Notes under the pieces: generated by a model
Database searches by the model: none
Seen by the model: only the letters and a program-made list of their open reading frames with translations
What the model was told of the DNA's origin: nothing
Translations under genes and position numbers: made by a program
Part shown: positions 29,280 to 43,300 of the stretch, piece by piece
How positions within the stretch are numbered: position 1 is the stretch's first letter
Layout of the letters: the number at the start of each line of letters is the position of its first letter
Assembly (NCBI GenBank): GCA_964270895.1
Contig: OZ185442.1
DNA: 64,000 bases
Direction: 5' to 3' (one strand)
Origin: Podarcis filfolensis
Lineage: Eukaryota

Positions 29280-31300
29280 CTGAGCGTGCACGGTGTGTGT
29301 GTGTGGGGGGGCGGTTTAGACTATTAAAGGGTGGCCCCGAGCCAGCTTGCTCCAAAGAGGGAGCGGCATGGGGCTCCCTATAGGGATGTGGCTCTGGCTC
29401 TGGGCCGCACAGGTCTCTTCGGAGGAATCGGAGCCCGCCTGCCTGCCCGTGGCAGGAGAGGACTGCTATCGGCTGCTCCGGTGGCCACAACCCGCCTTGG
29501 GTGCAGTGATTGTGTGCGGACGATCCCACGGCCGGCTCCTCCACACGTGGAACCAGCAGATCCAGGACGCCTTGCGCGACCGCCTGGACGACAGGAGCAA
29601 AACCTGGATCGGGGCTGCAGCAAAGGCGCTCCCAGAAGTGAGCCACCCTGGCAAAGGTGAGAGCGGGGCGGGGGCGCAGAGGCCCAACAGCAGCACCGCA
29701 GAAGAGGGGCAGCAGCAGCCAATTCCAGTATACTCTGCCGGGATGTGTGTGATTCCCCACTCAGCATCTCTGACTCGCCCAGACGCCAAACCCCTCAGGG
29801 CAAGACCGCCACCCTCCCTACACGAGGTGGGACCACCGTCTCCTCGTGGGGATCGAGGCGGGGCAGCAAAGCTTCTCACTTCAAGGGCTCAGCCAGGCCC
29901 TGCAGACCCTTCCCTCCGTCGAGGGACCCCGCCCACCTCCTCCCATGCCAAGCCCCGCTGCTGATGGCTCAGCTCTGCAATCTGTGACAGGCAGTCAAGG
30001 AGTGGGGAGGGTTAAAAATAATAATAATGCAAGGCCGTCCGAGGGTTTGCTATCAGGCACTCACCCTATGCAAAGGCTCCCCTTAAACCACTTGCCACCA
30101 CTGGGAGACTCTAGTCTGGAGAGGGAGCGGAGCCCTACAGGGGGCGCTCAGGGCAGCCTCAGCCGGAAAGCCTTATCTTAAGAAAATCCCTCAAAGGCAA
30201 ACAACTGGCGGGCTGGTGCTGAGTGTGGGGTGGCGGGGAAGAGGGATAACCGTGTCTGACGGCGGCGCCTACTCTCCGCAGACCACTGCAAAGTCCTCGT
30301 CCGGAATGGGGACCAATTCTATACCAGGAGGGAGGAGTGTGACCAGAAGCACTTTTTCATCTGCCAGTCTGGTGCGTGAGTCTGCCCGCCCACCGGGGTG
30401 GGAGTTCGTGCCCTCATTCCGCACCCGCAGGGGCTTGGGCAGGGGGCCTCCAGCTTCAAAGAGCGAGAAGGACCTCGTGGCTGAGCTGAGGATGAGGCTC
30501 TCTGGAAGCACGCCTCTGGAAGCACCCCCCACGAAGCACGCCCTTTCGAGGTGGCTGCAACCCCGGAGGCAGGGCCAGGGCCAGGCTCTCCCGAGGCGGC
30601 TGGGCTGGGCCGTCGCAGGTCCTAGAGCCATCCCTGCCGCCCCGGAAGCGCCGCTTCCATGAATCCTCCCGAGCTCAACCCCTTCTGCTCTCTGTCCGCT
30701 ACAGGCCCCCCGAGGACGCCCCGAGAGACTTCCACGCCCTGGGTGGTAAGTTCCCGCCAAAGCAGGTGCCTGCGCAGCCGTCGAACAGAAACGGGCGAAG
30801 GCTCTCTAGGCCGCCCTCGCTGCGCAGCGCCCCCTGGGCTGACTGCAGCGCACCACCGAGCAGCCGGCCCTGGTGACTCTCTCTCCCTGTCTCCCAGAGA
30901 ACGACCTGCCAGCATTTGACGTGCGGCCCGACGGAGGCGACGCCCATCCTCACCGAAGAGCCGACGGCGACTGCTCCTCTGAGCGCCCAGCCCTCCGCCG
31001 CGACTCCTCCGCCGCCCAGTGCTCCTCCAGGAAGCAGCACAGTTCGCCAGCCGACCACCGCTGACATCCAGTCATTCCTTGGGACCAGGCCAGAACTCGG
31101 CACTCCCCGCCATCCGCCGAGCAGCCCCAAGTCGGCATCCAGCACCTGGCCAGCCAGCAACAGCAGCCAGACTCACCCCAACTCTCAGACCTCAGCCCCA
31201 GAGCCCAGCACTCAGCCGCTGCCCACCAGCAAAACCACCTCGGGGGGTACCAAAAGCCACGAGTCCAACACCAGCCCGGACTCCTTCACCTTCAGCCCTA
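29280..31300 (+). promoter_or_regulatory. CpG island / promoter of PKD1L3
   Basis: CpG-rich across exons 1-4. TATA-like CTATTAAAG near 29320, about 45 bp before the ATG at 29368. Confidence 0.55.
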
Positions 31301-34300
31301 GAGACTTCCCCCCTGAGGACCAGGGGAAGGTAGGGAGACATCTGGACTGGCACCTGCCCCCACCCTGGTGGCACCTTGTCCAGACAGGCTCTCCTCTCTC
31401 TCCGTCCCATACCCCACACCCTGCTCCGGAGATGCCAGGAGGTGGGGGTGGTGTGTGCGTTGCAGGATTCTTCCTTTGCACCTGGAAAAACCAACGCTGA
31501 GGTGCAGATCAAAGATGAGTGTGACTCGTATGTGATTTCCCAGGGATCCAAAGTCACTTAGTGAGTGATTTCCAGACTGGTTTTGCCCACAGCAGAAAGG
31601 GGGGCAAGTGGCTCTGGGGAGGTGTGGGGGGATGTGTGGCTCCCTCCCGCCTAGCTGCCTTTTCAGGTCTTCCCCCTATAGGGTAGAGGAGCCTTCCTAG
31701 AATTAGAGATTTAGTGATAAGCTCTACTTGCAGGCTCACTGACAGCGTAATAGGGCAACCAGGCCCCCTTCTCCCCCAGCCCCTCTCACTCAGGGTCTGT
31801 CCCACAGGCCCTAGAGAAGGTGCTGCACCAGTTCAGCCAGGCTGTGCAGACCCCAGAGCACCCTATGGCACTGGAGCAGGCAGCCCGGATGCTGGAGAAT
31901 TTGACAAATTTCCATGCTCTGCTCTCAGACGATGCCCAGGTACTGGCATGTGGCAGGGAGGGAAGGAGGGTGGGTGGGTGGCACCCCTCATCTAAGGGTC
32001 TGTCCCCTGTGGCCTATTCTCCCAGTCCTTGGTTGAACCAGGCTCTACCCAGGCTATGTACAGAGGCAAGCCTGCTGCTTGGCACAGCCAGCCTCGCCCT
32101 TGCACCCCCTAATCAGCCCCGCCAGATGATCAGCCCTGCCTTGTTCCTACAGGCCTCTGCCAGCCAGGCACTCCTCTCCCTGAGCTCTCAGCTACTGAGG
32201 GACCACCCTGCTAGCAATGCCTCCTGCCTAGACCTTGCATCACAGGCTCTTTTCCAGGCCCTCAGCAACCTCCTCCAAGCCTCAGGCAGCCAGACACCCA
32301 GCTTCGGCCCGCAACAGGTGGGGAAGAAAGAGGACCTGCAGGGGTCGGATGGAGGAGGCTATTCAGAAGGATGGGGTTGCCAGCTCAGGCCTGCTGCATG
32401 GCTGGGTCTCATTCTGAAGGCACCCCCTTTTGTCCAGGCCTTCCCATTGCTCTGAGCCCATGGGAAGGGAGCTGAGCTTCCCAGCTCCCCGCCCTGGCTC
32501 TGCCCAGCTCCTGACCACACCTGGCCTTTCTGCAGCAGGAACCAAAGGTCCTGGAAACAGCATTGGAAGCCCTTCCTCTGATCCAGATGGGGCTCCTGTT
32601 GGGAAGCTCCACCATGGAGGAATCCACAGTAACTGTGGTGTCTCCTGTGCTCAGCACCACCCTCAGCAGGTACCAGTCTCCTCTCTCCTAGGCACTCAAG
32701 AAGTGGGGGCGGGGGCTTGCTCAGGGCAGCTGGGGAACTGAATGAATTGTTTGGTTGCCAATTACCTATTGGAATCCTTTTGGTACGCAGAGTAAGACAT
32801 TGTTCAGAGAATGCATCTTGGTTAGGGGACAGACTTTTATGAGTTACAATCTCACACACAGGGATGTTTGTAGTTAAGATAAATAATAAAGGAGTCTATT
32901 ACAATATTTTTAAAATTATTACTACATTTATAACCCACTTTTTCTCCAAAAAGCTCAGGATAGCTCACAGACTTCTCCTTTTTTCCATCTTATTCTCATA
33001 ACAACCCATGCAAGGTAGGTTGGGGCTGAGAGATAGTGACTGGCCCAAAGTCACCCATTGGGTTTCATGGCAGAGAGGGGATTTGAACCCTGGTTTCCCA
33101 CGTCCATGTCTCGCACTCTAACCACATAGTTGGATAGAAAAGTTCCAAGTTCTAGCCTAACAAGTCTGTACTAGAGCATGGTAGCCATGCTGGCTCCTGT
33201 CTTATCTCAGAGGATAATTCTTCTTGGAGAGAGAAATGTGAGAGGAGCAGGAAGTTGTGAAACAGAGTGCAGCCTGAGAATATCAAAAGAGATAGAGAGG
33301 TGAGCTGAAGAGGTTAATGACACAAAGGTAGTCTGGGAATCTGGAGGTCTCGAACTCTGTTCTATCTGTCCTAACCTACGCAAGACCCCTCTTCTGAAAA
33401 TGGAGTTGCACTCAAACTTTCAACAGTAACCCCTCTCCCCACTCCCTACCAGGTGTGACAAAGCCTCCCTGTCCCATGCCTCCTTCCACCTGCTTCAGCC
33501 AAGGGGCCTGAACGTAACCTTCCCATCCAGCTCTGCTCTGGAGCCAGTTCTGAGCCAGCACCCTCAAGTACAAGTCCAGGTAAGGTGGTAGTGGCTTGCT
33601 GCCCACTGGGTCCTTGTAGGGGGACATAGTGCAGGGCTGGCAGGGCATGGAGGTGGGGCAGAGGGCACCCCCACAGTTCTCTCTTGCTCTCATCTTCATT
33701 CTAGGTAGCCTCCTTTGCATTCAACCCTTTCCAGCACCTGGATGGGAAGCCAATCAAAAGGATGGCGAGTATCGCTCTCATGGCCAGCGAGGAGTCCATC
33801 AGTGTCCACAATCTTGCAGAGGAAATAGAGGTGAGAATGGATACTGTACTGGAAAGTTCTCTCATCAGGGGGACTCTCCTCTCTGCACCCAAGTGGCATG
33901 GAGAAGCAGCGCTGTCCAAGGTCCAGCGCTGGATCAGAGATAAGCACTTTGTGCTGTATGGCCTGATGGGAGACAGTATGTGCTCAAGGGCCAGTGGGGG
34001 GCACTTCAGGGCTGACCATGGACATGCTGTCTGCTTCCAGATTGGGCTCAGTGCTGAGGCTAGTGCTGAGGCCCCTCACACTCACTTGACTGGCAACGTG
34101 AGGAACTTTGACATTGTGGTAAACATCACATCAGTAGAGGATGCCCTGCTAGTATTGGTGGAATCCAGCACAGTGGTCCAGATCACCTTGCACCTGGGCC
34201 TCCAACCTGAGCCCAACAAGAACAGCAGCCTCCTCAACACCACCCTGCCCAGCAGCGGATGGCAAGAGGGTGAGGACTTGTTAGAAGGAAGCTAGAGGGC

Positions 34301-37300
34301 AGGTGCTGCTTTGGGACTTCCTATTGGAGCATCTGATTGACATCTAGGAGAATAGTGCTGGACCAGAATGGTCATTGGCCTGATGTAGCAGGTTCTTCTT
34401 ATGCTCATACATACAACACAATGCTGCATGTATCCCCTTAAAAGTAAGTCTCATTGACGTATTTGGCAGGCTTCCTCAAACTCGGTCCTCCAGATGTTTT
34501 GAGACTACAATTCCCATCATCCCTGACCACTGGTCCTGCTAGCTAGGGATCATGGGAGTTGTAGGCCAAAAACATCTGGAGGGCCAAGTTTGAGGAAGCC
34601 TGCTATATGGGAACAATTTACCTCTATAAATAAAAAGGGAAAGTTGCAAAAGTATACAGATTGAATCAGGTGTGTTTCAATTATTTAATTGCCCATTAAA
34701 TTCATTTAATTGCAAATTAACATGGTGTAGTGGTCAGATTTGCACTGTAGGAAACATCAATGGGAAATTTGTTTTAAATTGCTTAGTTAAATCAGCCTGT
34801 TTCTTCATTTACATAATTGACCAAATCACTTTGATTTAAATCTGTGCACCTGGGAGTAGGCACAGAGTTAGGGAGGGAGGGGCTTGAGGAGCTGGGGCCA
34901 GGCAGGACTGTGTCCCCCAGTGGGGGAATGTGTGGGTGAGGTCAGTGGGTGTGGTCCCTCTTTGCTCTCTTTGACTCATGCTCTTGCTTCAGAGGGTACC
35001 TACACATGGGTGATTCCTCCTGAGGAGCTGCAGCATCATGGCCTGGGCACCTACTACATCTCTGCAGAGGTGGCTCCCCTCTCTCAGGGCCCCTGGAACC
35101 TCTCCATTCACACCATCATCTCTGGATGCTACTACTGGTCCAGCCAGCATCAGGCCTGGAGAAGTGATGGATGTCGGGTATGCAGTAGGGTCAACCAGGC
35201 CAGAGGGCTGTTGGGCAGGCAAGCAAGCCTTTGCTTCCGTGCTGGGAGAAAAAAAACGTAGGGCAGAATGTCATGGGGAACCAAATGGAGCAGAACTTTT
35301 GGGCCTCATCCTCCTGTGTTGGTTTCTAATGCATCAGTGCCTCCCTCCCAGGTGGGCTCCCAAAGCACCCTCCACAGCACCCAGTGCTTGTGCAACCACC
35401 TCACCTTCTTTGGGTGCGTTGCCTTGGTCCTGCCACACCTGATTGACCTTCACAACACTGCAAAGCTCCTGAGCACCGTGGGCCAGAACCCTTCTGGGCT
35501 GGCCTTGCTAAGCAGCTTGTTGCTGGGCTATGGAGCTGCCCTCGTTTGGACTCGATGGAAACAGAGAACGGATGTTAAAAAGGTGAGGGAAAAGGGCAAG
35601 CAAAAGATTTATGATGGTTGTTTGGGGTTATTAGCATTTGCAGGCCAGAGACACCCACCCCCCATCTGCCCTCATTGAGGCCATTCTTGTCTGATGTGCT
35701 GAAATGATGAACAATGTAGTTTTTTCGTTGGAAATGCAAACAGGTCACGACATTTTACACCGTCTTTTTAGGGTATGAGATATTTATCCAGCAAACAGCC
35801 AAGAGCCAGACACCCTGGAAAAGTCGATTTGCTGAAGTGGGGCTTGGCCATTTCTAGGGCCACCCACCCCATGTGTGTCTCTCCCCCCTCCAGGTGAAGG
35901 TCACAATCCTAGCAGATAATGAGGCCACCGCCTGCTTCCCTTACCTGGTGCAAGTCTTTACAGGCTACCGCCGAGGGGCTGGGACCTCTGCTAAGGTAGG
36001 GGAGGGTCTCACTTCCCTGCAGGCCCACTTTGTACTGTTGATGGTACAAGTGCTGCCCATCAAGTTCCGTGACCTCAGGCACCTGCCCACAGAATCTGGG
36101 CCGAGTCTGGCAGATCTCTCCCTATCGGGGAGTGGTTGTGTGGGGTGCAGGCTTCTGTGTGACTGGCTGCATGCAAAAGCCTGTCTTTGATGACATCCTT
36201 CATGCGCTCCCTGCTTGGGCAAGGAACTGAGGAAAGGAAGCAATCCATGAACCCCACCCAGCATCCGCCCTCTTTTCCCTTTCCTTGATTGACCCCTTCT
36301 CCCTCCTTGGCTTGAGGTTATCCTGACCCTCTATGGAGCAGAGGGCCGGAGTGAGCCACACCTGCTACAGCACCCCCAGGGGCCCTCCTTTGAGCGAGGT
36401 GGGCGGGATGCCTTCCTCCTTGCCACTCAGAAGTCCCTGGGCAACCTCCATGCCATCCGCCTCTGGCACGACAACACTGGGCCCAACCCCAGCTGGTAAG
36501 TCCACGGCCCAGCGAGGGCTGAGGGTGGGGGCCAAGAGGGTGGGGTTAGAGCGAACCAGACTGCAGCTGGGATGCCAGGCAAGGAGGAGGCTGGAAGCAC
36601 ACAACTGGCATGGGAGAGTCCGTTGGCATCACCAGACCTTATCAGATGCTAGTAGGCAAAGGGACACTGCAGCTGGCATACCTAGTCCTCCCATGCCATG
36701 GGGTTGTGCTGCCAGGACCTGGACACATGCAGAATTCCCAGGTCCTCAAAGATACCTCCTTTCAAGCCTATACTGAAGAAATTCACAAGATCCCTGTCCA
36801 ACTGTAGCAAAACTAGCAGCAGGTCAGTTGGACATTCCAGGGGAACGATGGAACTGTGGCATGTCTTGTCCCACCCAAGGTTCATGCTCACCATGTTAAA
36901 GGCCAGCTTTGGCTCCAGAGGCCACATTGTCATGTCAAATAATGCATTACGACCCACCTTTGGTCTGACCCCCCAAACATAAAGGATACATCAGGGAGGG
37001 AATACCCTTCCATCTCCAGTCTTTTCCCAAAGCTGCTGGGCAAAGAACACTTTACGTATAGGTTAACTTGGAGCAAAGCTTCCCTTGTGCTTGAAGGAAG
37101 CCACATGCAGATCTGTTTTGGCAAGGTGATGAGGGCAGAAGGAAAAGATCCCCACTGCTTCTCTTTAACCTGCAGCTCTTGAGTGATGGGGGAGTGGGGG
37201 CAGATCCCTTGGCTGCAGCTAATGGGCACCACATGACTGCTTGGCAGTGCCACCCATGTGTGGGCAAACGACTGAAAGGCCTGAGCCTCCTGCAGGTTTG

Positions 37301-40300
37301 TGAGGCGGCTGGTTGTCTGTGACCTGCCTGCCAAGAAGAAGTGGCATTTCCTGTGTGACTCTTGGCTGGCAGCTGACCTGGATGACGGCCATGTGGATAA
37401 AGTCTTTGCTGCTGCCTCCGAGAGGGATCTCCTGTCCTTCAGGTAAATATGAGCCCCACCCACCCACCTCCTGCCAGTTTGTGGCATCTCTGGAATGTGT
37501 TTTTGCCCTTGGGGTGTTTTGTGCCCCTGATCTACCCAACAGGTACCTTGCCTTTGACTGAATTATGCTAAGAACACCTGTGTGAAAAAGCAATATGCAG
37601 ACATCAAAAAATAAAAGTCAGGGAACGGCAGGCTTTGTCCCAGAATCTGCTTGGAATGACGAATCTCAGACCCAGTGAGGAAAGTTCCTTTGACTATACA
37701 CAGAGAGGGCCTTTCTCTCCCACCCATCTGGGAGTTGGGTCTTCCTTCCAGGTCAGAGAGTGTGATGCAGCTTCCAGCTCCTCTCCATTCAGAAATTAGG
37801 TGCAACAGGAAAGTTCCCACCCTGCTCCTGGCCCTTGACCCTCTCTGGCTCAGCTCAGCCCCCACCAAATACATCCCTTATCCCACTTCACCAGGTACCA
37901 GTTCTGGTCAGGGCTGGTGGACAAATTGACGCAGGAGCACCTGTGGCTGTCGGTGGTGACCTGCTCGCCCTGGAGCCCCTTCACCCGTGTGCAGAGGCTC
38001 TCCTGCTGCCTGGCCCTCCTCTGCTGCACCTTCCTCATCAACATCATGTTCTGGAGAAAAGAGGCAGCGTCCAGAAGCCCTGAGGCTGGTGAGTCAGCTG
38101 CCAGCTGGAGACTAGCATAGCCAGTGCCTTTCCTTGTCCCCTGCCCCAACATGATGCAGGTGGGTGCTGGGCTGGGGGGCAGGTGAGTGGGTGGGGTAAG
38201 GAAGAGGCTGGCTTCCCACCACTTGCCATGGCTCACAGCCCCCAAGGCAGGGCCCTAAAGAGTCCTGTATTTTTGCTCCTGTCCCCATGCTACACCTTCC
38301 ATACACAGGGCTTGTATGTCTGTAAGTAGCACTGAGGATTCTAAGCTTCACAATGGAGCTGGGAGTCCCCCTCTGGACCCCACCCAGCATTTTTGGCATT
38401 GAAACGGCCTCAGCCACAGGAGTGATCCTTTTGGCCACCCCCTCCTTCTGACTGAAGGTCTCTGTCTGCCCCACCTCTCCCCCCTGCCGCTCCCGAGACA
38501 GGGCCTTTTATGGTGACTTGGCACGAGCTGCTGGTGAGTGTGGAAACAGCCATCTTCCTAATGCCAGTGAGCCTACTCATCAGCCACATCTTCCAGCTGG
38601 TCCAGCCCCCAGCCCCAAAGCCTCCAGCTGCCAGCTCCGAACTCCTGCAGACTGTGATGCCCCCCAAGCAGGTGATGCCCATCACACAAGTCAAGCAGGT
38701 GAGACCCCCTCCTCACAAGTCCCTCCAGTCAGCAAGAGGTTCTGAGCGGTCAGCCTCCGCCCTGATGGGTGCTTGGCACTCTTGCCCTGCTCTCTCCATT
38801 GCAGGAGCTGGAGGAGACCCTGGGCTTCCTCTACAAGAACAGCCTCTGCCAGTGCAGAGCCATGGACAAGTTCCCTGGGACTTGTGAGCAAGTACCGGAG
38901 CTTGTGGCTGCTCTGTGTGACCTCATTGAGTCCCACCTCCAGCACCAGAAGGACCTGGAAGGTCCCCCTCAGGGTAAGAGTAGCTTGCCTTGGCAACGGG
39001 TGCAAACACCACTCCCTTTCAGACAGAGAGTGCGCCACCCTTCCTCATGCTCTGTGCACCAGCTTGCACCTTTGGGGAGCTGAGCTGACTCAATTGGAAA
39101 GAGGAGGGGGAATTAAGGCTCTGTAGGGTGAGAGTGATGCCTCTTTGTACTTGTTTCCAGAGAGGCGCTTCAACCTCCACAGCTACCTGAGCCATGTGCT
39201 GAATGACTTGGGGACTCAGCTCTGCAGCCTGGATTTGTGCAGCTTCCCTAACCCCTATGACCATCTGCATGCAGTGGACCAACTACGAAGAGTCCAGCAG
39301 CACCTAGAGCAGCAGCAGGCCCAGCCCTGGCCCAGCCCTGAGGGGCCTGGCAGGTAGCCCCCATCTGGAAGCTCCCCTCAGCTATCTCTTCCCCACTCTC
39401 CTGGCCCCATTTCCTGGTAACATTTTGCAGAGATTGCTCTAAACCCAAAATAATACTTGGGGAACAAGATCCTTGTAAGCCACTGTGAAACTCTGCGGCA
39501 TCTACTGTACACACCCTACATATGTATACAAAGAAACACACCTAGCTAAGGTCAAAGTTCCTTCCATGAAATAGCTTACAGGAAGAAACTAACCAGATAT
39601 CTTCACACTCCAGGGAATGCCTTCAGGGGCTGGGTGAGGAGGCAGGTTGCAGTTACAGGAGATAGAAGCTGCCCCCCCAGGACGCACCAATGAGAATGGG
39701 GGTTGCATATGCAGCAGAGTGTTCATATGTGACCCAGAAACAGAGTGAGGCAACAGTCCAAGGTCACCACCGCAGTCGAGTTCAGGCAAGGTACAATGCA
39801 GCAAGGCAGGGCGATGAGAATCAGGAAAGAAGGCACCATAGACCTGTATTATTTCCTGCAACTAGAAGGCTCACTAGGGAGGCTTTATATACTCTTGTCT
39901 CCTAAACTACACTCAGCCACTGACTGCTTCCTCACAAGCAGACTGCTGCCTCTGATTCCAGAGACTGGCAGGGGGAGCTGTTCCACCTCCTGTTCTGACA
40001 GTTCCAGGAGTTTTTCCATCAGGTACTAACCTGGAGGGCCCCTGGATCTATAGGGTATCTGGTTCATCTTCAGAGGACTCTGCGTCTGGTCCCGTGTCAC
40101 ACTCAGACCCAAAGCCAGCCAGTTTTCCCAGCCCACCCAATAATGGTTTTTCTTAACTGCTGATTGCTTTTTCTGCTTGGTCTGTGGGACATTTGCCCTC
40201 CCCACTGCACAGTTCCCTCCCTCCACTGGTGTTCCCAAAGGCTGAGGTGCCATTTATTCTCCTGTCTCTGTGTCTCAGGCCCACCGGGCCCAGGAGCGAG

Positions 40301-43300
40301 CTCAGCAGTTTCCCACTTGAAGACCCTGACAAGGAGAGGCCGCCGTTCTCCCACTGTCTCCCCGGGAGATTCAGTTTCGCTTGCTGGCTCACAGTGGGGA
40401 GCATCAGCCTGGTTTCGGCCTTCTTCACAGTGCTCTACAGCCTTGAAATGAGCAGGGACGAGGCTGGGCACTGGGCCATCAACATCCTGCTCTCAGTGCT
40501 GCAGAACATCTTTGTAATGCAGCCCCTGAAGGTAACTTGGCCCTATCTGGGGTGCAGCTAACCTCTCCCCACACCCTTGCCAGAGCCAGCATCTCCCCTC
40601 TTCTCCCTGCCTCTACAAATGTCTTTGGTGTTCTGTGATTCTGCAGCAACCCAGCAGGGTCAGAGGTCTGCAAGGAGCCTCAGACCCCACATAAGTCCAG
40701 ACTCTGGGTTTAATGCTTGTTCATCTCCCCCCCAATCTGCACTGGTAATGGGTGTAATGTTACTAACCATTCCATTTGTGGTGGGGCCTCTCCTGCATAT
40801 TCTGCTAAGAGGGGCCCCAGACACCTGCCCTGTGGGGCCCCCCAATGGCAACCCTGTTCTCTCTCCTTCCCAGGTGTTGGCTCTGACCTTCCTCTTCTCA
40901 CTGCTGCACAAGAGGGAGTTGTGGAAAGACAAGGGGCAGGAGCAGCAGCTCTGGTGGGCCCTGGGCCTCCTCACAGGTAATTCAAGCTCTCCAAACCCCC
41001 CTCCCCATGCCTCCATCTGCAGTGCTCGATAGGGCATCTGCCTGAGCGACCTCTGACCAAAGGGGGCCTTTTTCCTCTTGCTTGGGACTTTCCCTCTAGC
41101 AAGGGGCCTACAACTGGAAGCTTATGGGCGGAGAGACTGGGCAGACCCAGCTTACAGACCCCCTGCCCTCCAGCCAATGGTGCGGCCAAAGGAACGAGCC
41201 TTGAAAGACAAGAAGTTGTACTCCTTGATCAGAGAGATTGCAGGTGAGACCAGGCTCGAAGGCCAGTAAGGGCGTGGATGGGTTGTGCAACACTTCCTGC
41301 TCCCTCCCCACACCAAGCAGGGGTGAAATATGCTCAGCATTCACACTCCTAAGCATCAGTGGTTAAGGAAGCAAGCAAGGCAGAGAATGATACCAAGGCC
41401 TAGGTCAGAATGGTGGGAGCAGCAGTCGCCTCTAGGAACACAGGAAGAAACTACCACATACCATGTCAGAACATTGGGCTTACCTTACATTTTCATCAAA
41501 AATTTGCTTTGCACAGGTAACTACCATAGAGTTATCAAAATTTTCAAAAATAGGGGGTCCATGGCTTGGCTTTTGAAAAATAGGGGGTCCTCAGTAAAGT
41601 GGTACCTCGGGTTACAGATGCTTCAGGTTACAGACGCTTCAGATTACAGAATCCGCTAACCCATAAATAGTACCTCAGGTTAAGAACTTTGCTTCAGGAT
41701 GAGAACAGAAATCGTGCAGCGGCAGTGGGAGGCTCCATTAGCTAAAGTGGTACCTCAGGTTAAGAACAGTTTCAGGTTAAGAACGGACCTCCGGAACGAA
41801 TTAAGTTCTTAACCCGAGTTACCACTGTAATTAGCTAATTGGGAACCACTTCATAAACCACAATGTATACATAACTCAGTAGGTGCAGAATCTGCTCAGG
41901 ACAAATTTTCAGATGTAATTTGCAACCTTTAAACTACCAGCAGGGAACATCATACCCAGGAGCATAGAAAGGGGGGTGCGGGGGGGGGTGTGGTCGCCCC
42001 GGGTGTCATCTCTGAGGGGGTGACAAAATGGCACACCGCGGGAGGGTGACACCGTGAGGCCTGGCCTGCAGTGCACCCAAGCCATGCATCTCTCCTGGGA
42101 GTGATGCAGTGGCTTGGGGCCCTGTGCTGCCCAAAATGGCAGTGTGGGGCTTGCGTCTGCCAGGCGGACTCCATGGGCAGATCACCCCGCTGCCCCCCCC
42201 GGGCGGATCACCGCGGTGCCCCCATGGGCACGCCCCCCGCTCCCGCCACTCTGGGTGCCGGAGCAGCTAGCTACGCCCTATCATACCTGCAAGCGGGTGG
42301 GTTGCTTAGATATGGATGGGATTATAATTTGGCCTGTGAGGTTGTTCCCCCCACGTCTTCTGGCTGTAGGGATGCAAAATCCAACAGGACAAACTGTTTC
42401 GACCCACTTCCCTTTTCTGACACCCAGTGCAGCTTGTGTTCCTGGCTGTGCTGATGGTCCTCAGCTATACTGAGAGAAGCCCCAATGAGTTCTATTTTAA
42501 CAACGCCCTCCAGAAGACCTTCACATCCCACCTGGGAGCCATCCTTACCCCAGAGGAATTGTACGGGTGGATCAGGGTGATTCTGCTGCCTGGCCTCCAT
42601 GGCGATTCTGAAGGTGAGCAGCACAAGGACCAGAGATAAAAGAGACATCCTTCTGTATACAGGCAGCCCTCTGCTTATGGGTGTTCTACTTGTGTGTGAC
42701 TGCTTTTATGCGGGTCACCACAAAATGAATGACTGAATAAATTGAAACAGTGTGCCTTCCCTTGCTCAGGGCCACTGCCTGGAAGTCTCTTTTTGCTGCT
42801 CACTCACTGCAATGGGAGGGATTGTGGGGAAGGCTCGAAGCAGCAGCCTCAAGTGAGAGGTGTGCCGGGCAGTGGCCCCAGCGGCACACGCTGTATAAAA
42901 TATACAAACATGGCTCTTTAGGCTTTTTCAGTGTTGCCAAAGCTGAAACCTGAAATTTACCCAGCTTTTCACATCTGAACAAACAGGTGTGCATTTGTGT
43001 GTTTTGCTTCTAAGCAGCACATTTCTCCCCTCTCTCGATCTCCCAGGTTTGGCCATGGATGGAAACTCTTTCCTTGTGGGCAGCGTGCGGCTACGGCAGA
43101 TCCGAGCCCCGCCAAAGCCAGGGCCAGCTGTTCTCCCACTCCAAGAGGGAAAGCAGGGTCCCATGGCCAGCTGGGGGCCTCCTGCTGCAGGTGGGAGAGG
43201 TCAGGCGAGTGCCTGGGTCTTCCAGAATGAGAGCACCCTGCAAGAGTACCCCATCTGGGGGAAGTTTGCTCTCTATCCGGGAAGCGGCTACCTGGCAAAC

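Noticed and set aside
41022-41046. Alternative acceptor that would truncate PKD1L3 just after TM5 (VLDRASA*)
   Set aside because: The intron would be only 46 nt, below the usual vertebrate minimum; the acceptor at 41099 keeps the frame.
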